Shown here: piece after piece, positions 1-13,400 of the stretch
Layout of the letters: the number at the start of each line of letters is the position of its first letter
Numbering within the stretch: the first letter of the stretch is position 1
NCBI RefSeq assembly: GCF_001194135.2
Contig: NC_068986.1
Coordinates: 46,262,223-46,319,394 of the forward strand
DNA from: Octopus bimaculoides
Lineage: Eukaryota
Reading direction: 5' to 3'
Length of the DNA: 57,172 bases
Position numbers and translations under genes: made by a program
Notes under the pieces: generated by a model
Database searches by the model: none
Told to the model about the DNA's origin: nothing
Seen by the model: only the letters and a program-made list of their open reading frames with translations

Positions 1-390
1 GTATACCCTGATCCTTTCTTTATGGCTGTAACCTGAGAACTGCATGCGGTGGACGAAATGTTGTATATGTTTCTTTAATACTGTAGGGTCGCACATGCAG
101 GAGACATTTCGTATTACTCTGACGAGGTCTGCCATCAATATGTTGAATTTGGCATTGTCTGCAATAGCCGAGTTCCGGTGGATCAGGTATTTGGAGGCCA
201 TAGGTTTTGTATAGTGTGAATGGAGGATTCTGGTTTTATTGTTCTTAGTTTTTAGCCAGAGTTCAGTATCTAATACAGGTAATCTATGGTTAGGGTGTTT
301 AGTAGGGTAGTCTATCGTAACTTTAATACTCTGGTGGATGGAGTTAGCTATTTGCTGGATGCTCTCCATAGTCTTAGTTTCTGAGTGTGT
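1..390 (-). mobile_element. Penelope-like element (PLE) reverse transcriptase, C-terminal part; 5'-truncated and running off the window start
   Basis: Manual minus-strand translation is stop-free from 462 to 1: ...ETKTMESIQQIANSIHQSIKVTIDYPTKHPNHRLPVLDTELWLKTKNNKTRILHSHYTKPMASKYLIHRNSAIADNAKFNILMADLVRVIRNVSCMCDPTVLKKHIQHFVHRMQFSGYSHKERIRVY. LPVLD, HYTKPMAS..LIH..SA and RMQFSGY match the PLE RT thumb-region pattern. The YxDD motif is not seen upstream. Confidence 0.85.
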
Positions 391-665
391 TAGAAATAGA
401 AATAATTGAGCTGTTAATTGAGAAGAGTGAGGAGCATGACCAAACCATGGTGTACTCCAGAATTAATATAGTGTAGGTTGGAGAGGAAGAACTCCTGTCA
501 GTGCACATAGCAATGGAGTTTGACAGAAAATTTCCTGTCCAAGAAATGACAGATGTATAGTGCCCATAAACTCCATCATCTTAGCTAAGATATTTTCTAC
601 AAACATTGCTTTCATCAAAGTTCTCAAGGATATAATGAAGGAGAAAAACTCTCCAGTATGTATCT

Positions 666-850
666 ATGTGTGTGTCTCTTTGTATGTGTGTGTTTGAGAC
701 AGAGAGAGATAGAGAGAGTGTGTGTGTGTGTGTGTGCGTGTGTGTGTGTGCACGCGCCTTTATATGTGTGTGTGTATGTGCTTTGTGTATATGTGTGTGT
801 GTGTTTGTAGATGTGGGTATGTCATTTTGTTTCTGTGTGTGTGTGCATGT
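666..850. repeat. Compound (TG)n/(AG)n microsatellite
   Basis: Directly visible dinucleotide runs; explains ORF 666..872. Confidence 0.95.
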
Positions 851-2561
851 ATGTATTATATATCCAAATTAATTTGTCAATATTTGTCAGTATGAAGTTA
901 ACAATTTTTCTCTGTTTTCTGCTCTTATTGTTTAATGCATGCCTAAAACCAGAGAAATTAGCCTCATATTAGCAATCATGACTATGGCTTACTATCATTA
1001 AATGATTGTACTAACAATATTTCTTTTCACAATCAAACATCTGCCGGTGTTGCAGATATCTCTAAGGGTACAAAACTAAATGAGTGTGAGTGTAACAAAT
1101 GCTTGTTAATGACGTCAGGAATGGTCTGTTGAGAATTCCAATTCCAAATGAAGTAGTTTAAACACTAAGCAACAATTCTATACATAGATCTCTTCATTAA
1201 TTATCTATTACTATATAAATAAAAATCTTGCACAATGATGTGACAAAATACATTTAGACAGAGTGCAATAAAGGGAGTTATTAAAACCTCCTGTTAACAA
1301 CATCAGTAGCTAGTTTCTAAAGTGTCCTTTTATCAACGGTTTCTCTTCATGAATAATTCTGCTTGGAGAATCAATTTTGGTGTGAATGAAGCAATATGTA
1401 GCTGCCACCTCATAAACCTGTTTGTTGGTGTAAACAATATTACTCTCAACTTCCTGAGAGATAATAAGATTTACAGCTGACAGTTTTATACTTTAGAAAA
1501 GAAAGAACAAGCCTAACATCATGAATACCTATTCAGTTCAACAGAGATATTGTTGAAAGTATCTGTCTATTTAAAAAAAAAAAAAAAATACCAAAAACCT
1601 TGGTCCTTTCTTTTCTGAAAATGTACAATTATGGAAATGCTTTATACTATTAGTAGCATAACACTTTTTACTCTCAGTTTAGTGAAGTTGAATAATTTTA
1701 CAGTATCTGGTCCAGTTCCTCATATTGTTGAGATCAAAACCTCAACTTTGTGTTTATGTTTGTAAGCATCAGTAAGATATTGATTTTTTTCTAACTAGGA
1801 ACAAGGCCAATTTTGTAGGTGAACCATGTTACTGATGTATAATTTATTGACTCCAAAATAATGAAATGTAAAGTTAATCCTAGATTCGAGCAAAATAGAC
1901 AGAGATGAGGAGACTACACATTGCAAGGTAATTTTTGCCAACATATTACTCTAACACTACTAAGCTATTATTATACCTCATTACATTTAGCTTTGTGGGT
2001 ATTTTGTCTCAGATAGCATTTGTCTTTTGTAGATAAAAGATTTTTGTAGTTGTGGCTGGACATGGAATTGAACTAAACATTAAATGGAAAGCTGAATCAA
2101 TGAAAATTGTGCTTCAATTAATTTATTCTCAAACTGTTACATATCTTAGATAAAGCCTTCATTGAAAACAGATAATGTTCATGTTGAATAAAGTTACAAA
2201 CAGATAAGATTATTCACTAAAATTAGCTACAACAAAATGATATTGATTAGAGCTGATTCTTTTGTTAGTAATCCCAGTGTGATGGTAATAATTTATCATG
2301 ATACAAACACTAGTTTTCAATGGAACACTGTAGAAGTTATACCCAGAAAACAAAAGGGAAAAAACCAGTTCAAAATGCCAAAAGCATTTAACTGTAGAAA
2401 TATAAAACAGCAATATCATATATCTTTCATTTCAATTAAAAAATGTTTAGCTTTCCAGTAGAAATTTCAATATAAATTTCTTTATTTTTGTTTCTTAATT
2501 ATTAAATGTATGAATCTAAGTTTATTTACATGTGTATGTGTACATATGTAGATATATAGAG

Positions 2562-2707
2562 GCATGACTGTGTCGTAAAAAGTTTACTTTCCAACCACAT
2601 AGTCTTGGGTCCAGTTCCATTGTATCTCTGGTGAGTGTTTCTAACTTTAACCCTTACTGACATAAACCTTGTGAATGGATTTGGTAGATGGAAACTGAAA
2701 GAAGTCA
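2562..2707 (+). mobile_element. Decayed SINE family A, 5' part
   Basis: ccaaccacatagtcttgggtccagttcc...ccttgtgaatggatttggtagatggaaactgaaagaag aligns by eye with the copy at 42831. Confidence 0.7.
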
Positions 2708-2799
2708 TATATATATATCTTTGAATGTATGTGTGTGTGAGTGAGAGAGAGAGATAGAGTGTGTGTGTGCATGTATGTTACTCTATCTTTGCCTTGACT

Positions 2800-3030
2800 T
2801 CATGTGATAGTTGTAAATGAAAGTCATCATTACACAAGCAGTGTTCTTTGTATATAATCTTCCATGAAAATATGTCTGGTCATGGGGAATATTACCTAGC
2901 TTGAGAACAGGTGAGGGTTGGTAACAAGAAGAATACACTATGGTAGAATATCCACCTCTACTATTTCCTTCTGACACATGCAAGCATGGAAAGGTGAACA
3001 TTAAACAATGATGATGATGATGATAATGAT
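2800..3030 (+). mobile_element. Decayed 3' part of repeat family C ending in (GAT)n
   Basis: Ends gcaagcatggaaaggtgaacattaaacaatgatgatgat, like 45790-45836; the internal block resembles 32740-32880 and 53480-53550 in reverse complement. Confidence 0.6.
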
Positions 3031-4879
3031 AATTACATGCATAGCTTTGTGTGTGTGTGGGGGGGTTTAAAAAATAATAGGACCACATATTTAGCATTTG
3101 TGACAGGATATTAGATTTCATTCACTCATGAAGTAAGAGACTGTTTGGAGGAAGACTTGCAATAGTACTCCTGCTTGAATAAACTCTGCAAATTTATGAA
3201 ATTTCTTTTAACTGTGCTAGATCTGAAATATAAATATAAGACAGTGGAGCAGTTAAAAGAAAATTACTTTTGGATTGAAAAATGGGAACACCACTGAAAT
3301 GTTGACAGTTATAATGATCAGTGTAAGGTAAGTTAATTGACTTCAACCTCACTTGTAAATGGAACAATTCATTGTTATGAAGTTGTTGCTATACGGTAGT
3401 CAAACAATTTTAATCATAGATAAGAAAGGATTCCTTAAAGAGGATACTTATAAACAAAATTTACTAAAGAACCCTATTGCCAACAACAAATTAAACAAAG
3501 ATTAGTAAATTTATTTCAATGGAACTAACTTTCACATAGAAATAAACTGGAAATATCAAGCAATAATAAATTACAATGTGGACCTCTCCAGATATATAAT
3601 GGAAATAAATATAAGCAACTCAGTTATGTTTGCATGTGTGTTAAAGAATCAATAGCTATTAGAGAAAGAAAGAGGGGTTGGTAAAGGAGAAGTCAGGAAG
3701 AGATAGAGGAGTGCACACAAAGTCTAAATTAAATCTGTTTCTATTAAAGAGATAACAGGAATATTGGCTCTATTCCATAAACATTACTGTAATAATAACA
3801 ATAATAGCTTCAAGTAGGATTTTATTAAAATTTCTTCCTGGACAACCAACAGATTGTTATTTTCACTATTTTTAAGACATACATTATTCAACTCCAATTA
3901 CTGCTTCATTTCATTTGTAACATTATTTCAAATCTAAATTTGTCTAGAAAGAAATAACTGCTAAATTTAATGTGAACTAAACCTTTATCCCATTTCTGTA
4001 GTAAATTTTAAATTAAATGAACTGCCTACAAAGCTTGTGAATCATGAAAATGTGATACTGATGGTAATTTATCCATTTTTGTAGTTAGTGTGACAACCAT
4101 TCAATGGTTGTCATTCAGCTCCCAATACATCTGTGTAAAACAAAAAAGGTAAATAAAAAACAATATATACTTTTATTTCAGTTTTATTCATTACTGATAC
4201 GATACCTCCAAAATAATTTTCTGAATATATAATATGCATAAGAAAAGAAAATCATGATGAAACATATTCTTTAATATTTAGCTAACATAATTCTAATAAA
4301 GGAACTAAACTAAGCAATAACAGTCATTGCTTAAAGTTTTATGTATGTCTAGTTGATTGCTTGAGAGGGATATGTCTCAAGTATTAATCTCTTTTATCTT
4401 CATCTACTTCTATTCTAGTCTCTGTAAGATCTAGCTATTTGAGATTATATTTACCAAAATCCAACCTATTCTATTCCTAGTGGTTCTAAATGAATTACTT
4501 GATTGTATAGAATATTTTTTCAAGTACAAGTAATTTTAAAATGCTTCTTATCTAGTGGTTGTTAATCAAAAGCCAAATTTTGCCATTACTGAAATAGGGA
4601 ACTATGTTGGTGGTGGCTGCTGATCTTCCAACCGAACCAAGGAAATTGTATTTCTATTAGTTTTTCTTACTAACACTATCTGTCAGTCACAACTTCAGAC
4701 AGAAGTTTTGGGATGATGTTACACAATTTAAGATCAGAATGTTCATAGACAGAACAAATTCTGCAAAGCATACCATTCACCACTCTAGCAATTCCAATAA
4801 TCCACTGTCTTGGTCTGATACATTTTTTACCAACCCCCAAAAATATAAAGGACACACACACACTCTCTCTCTCTCTCAT

Positions 4880-5022
4880 ATGACAGGCTTTTTTTAGTTT
4901 CTATCTACCAAATCCATTCACAAGGCTAAAATAGAAGACACTCACCCAATTTGCCACATAGTAGGACAGAACCCTGAACCATGTGGTTGGCAAGTAAGAT
5001 CCTTAACATACATCATACTTGC
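4880..5022 (-). mobile_element. Decayed SINE family A, 5' part
   Basis: gtttctatctaccaaatccattcacaaggct...tagaagacact...gaaccatgtggttggcaag is the reverse complement of the family A head. Confidence 0.7.
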
Positions 5023-5289
5023 ATATAGCCAAGAATGATCTAATTAATTACACTGTCTTATTTGTTCTAGAACACCTCCCTGACATAAATATTTGAGTGC
5101 AGCCTTTATAGACAGTGACTTCTGCTGAATTTCTAGCACCTCCAGTCTCATTTCTAACCATATTGACTATGTCTTAACACTGGATCTAAATGGTTCAAAA
5201 CATAAGAGTGTGTATGATGCTGCACAAGTTCTCCCCACTTGAAACTAAGTCAATAGACTCAAGTCTTATTGTGAATAGGGTGGGGGATG

Positions 5290-6362
5290 ATAATGCAGCA
5301 GAGAATTATTCATCCCAGCACTGTTCAGGTTGATGTTTTCAGCAATGCTTACAGACATCTTTAGGGATAATCTTCCAGATGATCACATCCATTACAGAAT
5401 GGATAGCAAACTTCACAATCTTGTTTTGTTGAAAAGTAGTCATTAAGATTCAAATTATCAATGTCTGTGATCTTTTCTATGCAGATAATTGTGCATTAAA
5501 TGCTGTATCTTCCAATGATATGTGACAAAATATAGACTAATCTGCTGTGACAGCGACAACTTTGGTCTTACCATCAACACCAAAAAGACCAAATCGATGC
5601 ATCAACTAAGAAAAACAAATGAAGATATCTATCTCTGGACAGTAGATAAATTCACTACCTTAGTGACTTTGTCCCCAGATATATTCACATTGTCAATGAT
5701 GTCAATTCTGGAATAGCTAAAGTTAGCTTAGCTTTGGATGATGACATTCAATAGTATAAGAATGCAGGACAGTCAACCATAGATATACCAGATAGCTAAA
5801 TTCCTTTCCCACTACATGTCTCTGCAGATTGTACCACATTAAATGGTAAGATTTCAGACACAGAGGTTCTCCAACAGGCAATACTTCCATCAATAGTACC
5901 ATGGTGTGAAAGAACCAAGGTCACTAGAATGATCATGTCACCTGCAAAAGCAATTCATACATACCAAAGCAACGTCACTGTGGTAATGCTATTACTGGGA
6001 TAGCGAAAGTTACCAGCCAAAAGAAGCTCTACAAGAATAGCTTTGAAGTAGTAAGATTGAAAGGCATGATTGTTGATGTAGAATCCTATGATCAGCTTAG
6101 TCCAAGAAGGCACCTACGATGCCCCCTCATGGGCAAAGGTGCAAAAGTGCTTACATGTGAAATGCAGTCAAGCTGTAGAAACCAGATGTAAGTTCTGCAT
6201 AAATTTGTCAGCTCATAATTTAAATAGAGCTACAGACCACATGTCCCCTACATGTGATTATTATTTCCATGTTAAAATTGGATTCATCAACAATCTACAG
6301 ACATAAAATTCAATCACATAAGCATAATCATGGTCTTTATTGATCACCAATACCTGAACAGA
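5290..6362 (+). pseudogene. Decayed RTE-clade (Bov-B-like) LINE: RT domain through 3' end
   Basis: Fragments across frameshifts: PALFRLMFSAMLTDIFRD; CDLFYADNCALNA (5478-5504, decayed YADD); DNFGLTINTKKTKSMHQ; VDKFT; KISDTEVLQQA; IPKQ; QKKLYKN; PTC..FHVKIGFINNLQT. These match RTE ORF2 motifs in the expected order. Many stops are present. Confidence 0.85.
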
Positions 6363-6654
6363 TAAGCAATGACCCTAATTAAGAGCAAAAGTCCTGCAGT
6401 TTAAGTATTGTTCAATATGCAGGAGGAGATAATAGAGAAACTGTGATCTGTAACTTAAGAGTAACAAGAAATGTTAGAGTGATTAACAATCTAAGAAATC
6501 CTTGAATGAAGAAAATAAACTGCTAAGATGGTTAGTTGAAAGTATTGGATAGTTCTGCTGGCTAGATGAAATATAGGTTAGGAAATGAAATAGAGGAAGA
6601 CAGTTAAATAATTACACTTTCTCTGTGTATATTATCTGCAAACTTTGTCTTTTG

Positions 6655-6691
6655 CTATGTGTAAAGCACATAGTATGTGCTTTACACATAG
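6655..6691. repeat. Perfect 18-bp inverted repeat with 1-nt spacer
   Basis: ctatgtgtaaagcacata-g-tatgtgctttacacatag. Confidence 0.95.
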
Positions 6692-7744
6692 TATGAAGTA
6701 TATATCAGAAACATAATAGTAAAGTTGAGTTTTGACTCATAAATCTGTAGATATGCAGTTTTAACCAACAGAAAATGTTGAGAATATATAAGCTGTGAAA
6801 GTGATCGGTGGTACTTGAAAAACATTTGCCAGTGTATTCGGTGAGATAGAACTCCAATTCTGACAAATACGACATATGTGGTACATAATAGCTGAAAAAT
6901 TGCTTTGAGTTTGGATTGCAGATAAAAACAGATCTACATAGCTAGAGGATGACAATAGTTCAGCCTAGAATATGAGATAAAGCAGGAAAGAGATAAATAG
7001 AGAAATATTATAAATTGAAGAATCATCTGAACCTCAATGTCATCATGAAAAGATAGATGTTAAAATGAATAAGATAACATTAATGTTGACAATGAATACA
7101 AAAAGATGTTAAGATAACTAAGTATCATACTTGAATTTCCTTTTCAACATAGTGTAATATGTGATGATTCTAGTTAATAAAAATTGTGAGAAAACAAACA
7201 AAACTTTTACCTTTAAACATCATGCAACAAGAATATTCTTAAGAATTTTAAAAAGTAAAAAGCAAAAGGTTTTTTGAAAACTAACTCAATAAGATGCATA
7301 CAACCAAAGTTTGTATAAAATACCGATATTATAAAACTAATATCAAAGATTTCAAATACTATTAGTATTAAACTAGAATAATAGAATTAAGAATAATACA
7401 TGGTAGTTCTGATTGTACTATTGGAGATTGGGAAAAGACTTAACGCTGTGAGAGCCTTCATTCCAAAAGTACATTTATAAATTATCCTAAGGATAATTTA
7501 GGAATGATATCATATATAGACTGCCCAACCTGCTAAAATGGCAGCCAATTAATCTTCATATCACACCTTACCTTCTTAATAATGGGAAGAACACACCAGA
7601 CAGTGCAGTTCTACATACAGACAGGATGGTCATAGGTGGGATGATCTTTGAAGATAAAATATATTTTAAAGTCCGTTCTATTCTTTGAAATATATGTCCC
7701 TGGTCATAGGTCTGCTCATTTAAAGTTGATGCAGGATTTAACAA

Positions 7745-7865
7745 GAATAACAGCAACATCAACTGTAACATTAACAACAACAACAACAACAGCAGCAGCA
7801 GCAACCACCACCACCTCCAACATATCCACCACCAGTACCACCAATATAACAACAGCAAATAATAC
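7745..7865. repeat. Compound trinucleotide tract (AAC/CAG/CAC)
   Basis: aacaacaacaac cagcagcagcag caaccaccaccacc; explains ORFs 7568..7888 and 7648..7941. Confidence 0.9.
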
Positions 7866-9060
7866 CAATTTAATGACTGTTTTATCATTAATAAAACTGA
7901 TTTATGACTACTGCAAAGTCACGAATTACCAGATGAGTTAAAATCTGTCAATTTAGATCAAATGCAAAGCACTAACAATCTCTTTGTTAACCATTATTGA
8001 AATCATTCATCTCTGAAAGAAAGACAATAAGTGAACAGTAGAATAAGATGAAGGTATTGTATTTTTGTATGTATCTTAATTTTTCTTGCAATGAAATATA
8101 TTCAATTCAATGGAAATCTATCTTTCTGTTGGCAGTTTTATAATGGAAATAGCTTTCAGTTACAATCCCATTTGTTAAAACTTACACACTTGCAAATTTG
8201 AATGAAGATAAAATATGTATCAGAGTCAGTTCAGTGCAAATGTCAATCTGTCATTATATTACACAAGGAAAGGTAATGCAGTTGTCATAGACAGTAAAGA
8301 GAGCTGCATATTTAGTTCAATACTTTGTGAGCCTGAATTCAATTTCCATAGCATTGACTTTCATTTCTTTCAATTCAATAAGCTGTTTAGGTAGATTTGT
8401 TACTTGGAATCTAGGACTTGCTTGTGTTACATTCTGTGCAAAAATGTCACTTGCATACTTCTGCAACTACATTTAGTTGACTTGCAGCTACAAAACATCT
8501 TTCAACGAAATGAGAGCAACTGTAGTTTTAGTTTTCTCTTATAAAAAGGTTTTGTTTCAAATAAGAAATAAATATATTAAATGAAGTTGCTAGGAAAATT
8601 GTGACAGTTTTTAATATTTATTTTGATTCTGTGTTATCTTGTTTGTTATGCCCAACATTAGCAGATCTTAAGTTATCACTTCTATCAATAGAAATTTTGT
8701 TCTTCCTCTACAATGAGTACATTCCACTGTTAACACAAATAGATGTATATGTGTTGTATATACCCAGAACAGCCACTTCCAGTATTAAAGTAACATATAA
8801 TACCTGATATACACAATGAATTATTGCACTACATTACACAGATTTCTGCTTTAGACATTTTATTTCCAATAGTTTCATCATTATTATAATTACTTCAGAT
8901 AAGGTGTGATTATCACAACAGCCCATTTACCATATCTTCAAAAATGAAATTCTAATGTGTAATTAAGAGGTCTGGTATGCCATAAACTAAAACACCTAGG
9001 TGTCATACCATTTCCTTTAAATAATTAAAAATTTTTGTAACAGAAGTAATAACGATTTTT

Positions 9061-9431
9061 GCCAACATAACATGGCAGTCCTGGTTTAAGATGAATGTTA
9101 CTGTAATTTAGCCCCAGGAGACATCGTCTCCAGCTGGCTATATGACATGATCTGTGTCCTTATATTTTTGAACAAGGGAATCTAGCATCCCAACTCAGCT
9201 CAAAACAATATCCATGTATCGCGATTTCCAGGTTATTTCCTTTCATCAGCACAGAATAACCCAGAAATCACAATACACAGATATTGTTTTGAGCTGAGTT
9301 GGGGTGCTAGATTCCCTTGTTTGAAAATATATGAACACAGATCATGTTGTATAGCCAGCTGGAGACGATGTCTATTTGGGCTAAACTACAGCAACATTCA
9401 TCCTATACCAGGACTGCCATGTTATGTTGGC
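9061..9431. mobile_element. Long palindromic (foldback/MITE-like) element with 177-bp arms and a 17-nt loop
   Basis: Arms 9061-9237 and 9255-9431 align without indels; I counted about 20 mismatches, mostly transitions. Confidence 0.9.
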
Positions 9432-9584
9432 GAACAATCTTTACTACAAAGTACTGTTGCTGAATATTACACATTGTGAGATTTACAAATAGTAATTTTC
9501 TAATTTATAGAAGTAATAATATAAAATATTTAGAAGCACTAAAATGAGGAGATCCTTATATAATATATATATATATATTTTTTT

Positions 9585-9725
9585 TGTTGTATTTGGGGAT
9601 GGTTATGTTGCCAGTTTAGCCAATAAAAACACATGCACTATATATTTGGTGTTAATCTGCTTCAGCTTTATTTTATTTTTACATTAATCGTATTTCAGCA
9701 AGAGTTCTTTCGTCACACTTCTGTG
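9585..9725 (+). mobile_element. MITE left end (same family as 46144-46275), cut by an N-gap
   Basis: gttgtatttggggatggttatgttgccagtttagccaataaaaacacatg matches 46144-46200 and the reverse complement of 46238-46275. Confidence 0.8.
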
Positions 9726-10319
9726 NNNNNNNNNNNNNNNNNNNNNNNNNNNNNNNNNNNNNNNNNNNNNNNNNNNNNNNNNNNNNNNNNNNNNNNNNNN
9801 NNNNNNNNNNNNNNNNNNNNNNNNNNNNNNNNNNNNNNNNNNNNNNNNNNNNNNNNNNNNNNNNNNNNNNNNNNNNNNNNNNNNNNNNNNNNNNNNNNNN
9901 NNNNNNNNNNNNNNNNNNNNNNNNNNNNNNNNNNNNNNNNNNNNNNNNNNNNNNNNNNNNNNNNNNNNNNNNNNNNNNNNNNNNNNNNNNNNNNNNNNNN
10001 NNNNNNNNNNNNNNNNNNNNNNNNNNNNNNNNNNNNNNNNNNNNNNNNNNNNNNNNNNNNNNNNNNNNNNNNNNNNNNNNNNNNNNNNNNNNNNNNNNNN
10101 NNNNNNNNNNNNNNNNNNNNNNNNNNNNNNNNNNNNNNNNNNNNNNNNNNNNNNNNNNNNNNNNNNNNNNNNNNNNNNNNNNNNNNNNNNNNNNNNNNNN
10201 NNNNNNNNNNNNNNNNNNNNNNNNNNNNNNNNNNNNNNNNNNNNNNNNNNNNNNNNNNNNNNNNNNNNNNNNNNNNNNNNNNNNNNNNNNNNNNNNNNNN
10301 NNNNNNNNNNNNNNNNNNN

Positions 10320-10374
<55 letters not shown>

Positions 10375-11887
10375 AATGTGTGATCATTATAGTATTAATC
10401 TGTGTATCACTTAAAGCAGAAATATTACTGAAAGTCTAACTTACTATGGTTTTCACCCTGAGATAATATCCCTTATAAGCAAGTATACAGTGTTAAAAAG
10501 ACTAAACGATATATCAGTAGCAGATGATAATTGTCCAGCCTCTTAGTGCTTCATCTGTAGCACCAATATCTCCAATGTCTTTTACTCTGATATTTCATAT
10601 TCCTTTCTATTAAAACATATATTTAATACTTGAATCTTCAGTTCACTTCACCCACCTGTGGATAATGCCTCAGATAAAGCTACATAAGGTTGTCAACCTT
10701 TAGATCTGAATCTGTTGCAATTGATTTAATATAAATCAACTCAATGCGCATATCTGCTATATCAAAGGACACGAGAGCACTTATCCAACAAAAACTTGTG
10801 TTTGAATGGAATATGAAGAAAATGCTTTAATGAATAAATTTTGAAGATGTATAATTCTCCATTATGATGTCTAGCTTATATACTCTGCATGCTACATGAG
10901 GCAAACTCAAACAGTTCTGAATGTTCCCTTTCATTTGATGTGGTTGGCTAGATCTGGTTTATATCAGAGTGCTCATAAGGTACTTGCCTGAATGTTAAAT
11001 CCTTATTTCTTTATGTTATTTGTACACATACACACACACACATGTATGATAATTTTCACTGAAAAATTAAGAAAATATTTACAAGAAAACTTCCAACTTT
11101 GATAATAGTTTATTAACAATATCAATTACAGTGAACATACAATATTACAAATGTCCATGATAGATCATAAAATTACCAGTTTTTCTATTATCTGTAGTCA
11201 TTCAGGTATCAGATCACACAAAAAATATTCAAACAATGCAAAGATTTATAAATATATGGTAGATGTTCAAACATAAACACGTGCACACTCAATTTATAAT
11301 AAATCACAGAAGTATGTATATATTATCATCACATATTCATAAAATATCAATTTGTTAACATTGGCATGAGATCACAAATTTGTAGGATAGGTGTATAGTC
11401 AATACAATCAACCCATGATATATGACTGGTACTTGTATAAGTTCCATAGAGAGATGGAAGGTAAAATAAACACTTGCAGAAAACGTGGTCAGAACATAAT
11501 TAAATCCTGGAAGGCATTTGGTTTGAAATTCTCCTATAAAATCTCAGTATATCTACGTATAAAATTTCACAAGGGCATATGTTAAGATACACGCATACAT
11601 GCACTCAAGTGAATACCCCTTCTATGTCAGTTGTGTATAATTTGGTTGCATTTTTCAAAAGAGGAAAATTTAATCATTCTAATTTATGAAAATTCATCTT
11701 GTGCAACAATTTTGGATAGCATTTCATACAGAAGTATTCTATCAATAATATACTTTATGCATACATGTATGTTTATTTTGTGTGTGCATGTGCGTATATA
11801 AATGTATGTGCATTTATATAGATGTATATGTTAGTATGTGTTTGCGCATTATGTATGTATACATATATATACACACAGACACACAGA

Positions 11888-11935
<48 letters not shown>

Positions 11936-13195
11936 AATATTTATATATATATATATATATATATATGTATTTAAATATATATACCAAAGATCCCTTACTC
12001 AAAAAACAAGTAAGGTTTAGTGCCAAGAAGGGCATCCAGCTGTACAGCAATGCCTCAAATTATATATTTGTGCAACTCATGGAAGCATGGAAAAACAGAT
12101 CTAGAATGAATGACTGAACATATACCCATATATATATATGTATGCGTGTGTGTGTGTATATTTGTATGTATGTATATGTAAGTATATATGTGGGTGAATA
12201 AATACATGCATACACACTTTCATATATATATANNNNNNNNNNNNTACATATATATATATATATATCTTCAAGGTACTCTGTTATAGCCTTTGCCATGATA
12301 GCTAAAACAAAGTAACATGAATACATAAACTCTATATACAACATTTATTGTGGAAATAGATACCAGCAGTTTAGGAATCTTTAAGGCTGTCTGTCTGCTT
12401 GTCTGTATGTTTCTACATCACTATCTGTGAGTCCAGCTGTTTATGTAAGTATTTTTAGCCCAAACAAATTTCGTCAATATGAAGCTACAAACATCTCTTT
12501 TCTACTCACTCTTCCCTTTCACCTTAATGAAATGTCCTCCATTCAACACACACTCTCACAATGAAAACTACTTCATTTACTCCCCAAATGAAACCTATAA
12601 CCATCAAATGGAATATATATTTGTCAAAGCTCTAATTTATATCTTATAATTTATTTTTTCCTCATCCTTGTTAATTGCCAAATCGCCATTCTTAAATAGA
12701 AACCATATTGATTTTAACCCAAAATCTCAGTTGTCCAAACCAACGCACACATTCACATGCATGCACACACACACACACACACATTTGTTCATGCATGAAT
12801 ACATATACACAAATACCACCTGCTTTAAGAGATAAAAATAAGAAACTAACATCTTCTGTACACACACACACACACATCATTATCATTATTATTTTAATGT
12901 CTCCTTTTCTCACTGGCATGGATCAGACGAAATTCACTGAGGCGAATTTCCTAATATTTTGGGAAACATTCTCCTTTTCAGATAAAGGAAAGCAAATAGT
13001 CTCTGAACATTTTATTTTCCTTCCTCTATTTGGAAAAAAGTAATCTTTCCTCATATATTATAGGATCATTAAACAACATATGTAAGGTAATAAAATATCT
13101 TTCCTCTTTGTTTTTCATTTATTGACATCACCTTATGTATTTTGTCTAATTTCTCATATGTTCACCAAAATATATGCATACATACACACACGCAC

Positions 13196-13400
13196 ATCAT
13201 CATCATCATGACCACCATTGTCATCCTCTAAAAACCATGTTCCATGTTGGTATGGGTTGGATGGTTTGACAGGATTCAACATATCCAAGGAGTGCATTGT
13301 GCTCCAATGTCTTCTTTGACATAATTTCTATGATGGATGCACATCTTAATGCCAACAACCTTACATTGTTGTATACTGGGTGCTTTTATCATAGCACCAC
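13196..13400 (-). mobile_element. Repeat family C 3' part ((GAT)n tail)
   Basis: catcatcat...ccatgttggtatgggttggatggtttgacagga...tggatgcacatcttaatgccaac is the reverse complement of 45660-45836. Confidence 0.75.

Noticed and set aside
2783-3121. 112-aa minus-strand ORF
   Set aside because: It overlaps a decayed family C repeat and a (GAT)n tract.
3221-3327. Splice-bounded segment with one in-frame TGA (possible selenocysteine exon)
   Set aside because: No selenoprotein-like context was recognised and no SECIS could be identified; a chance stop is more likely.
9230-9255. Minus-strand CTGATGA-aag-GAAA in the foldback loop
   Set aside because: There is no room for stem II and the topology is wrong.
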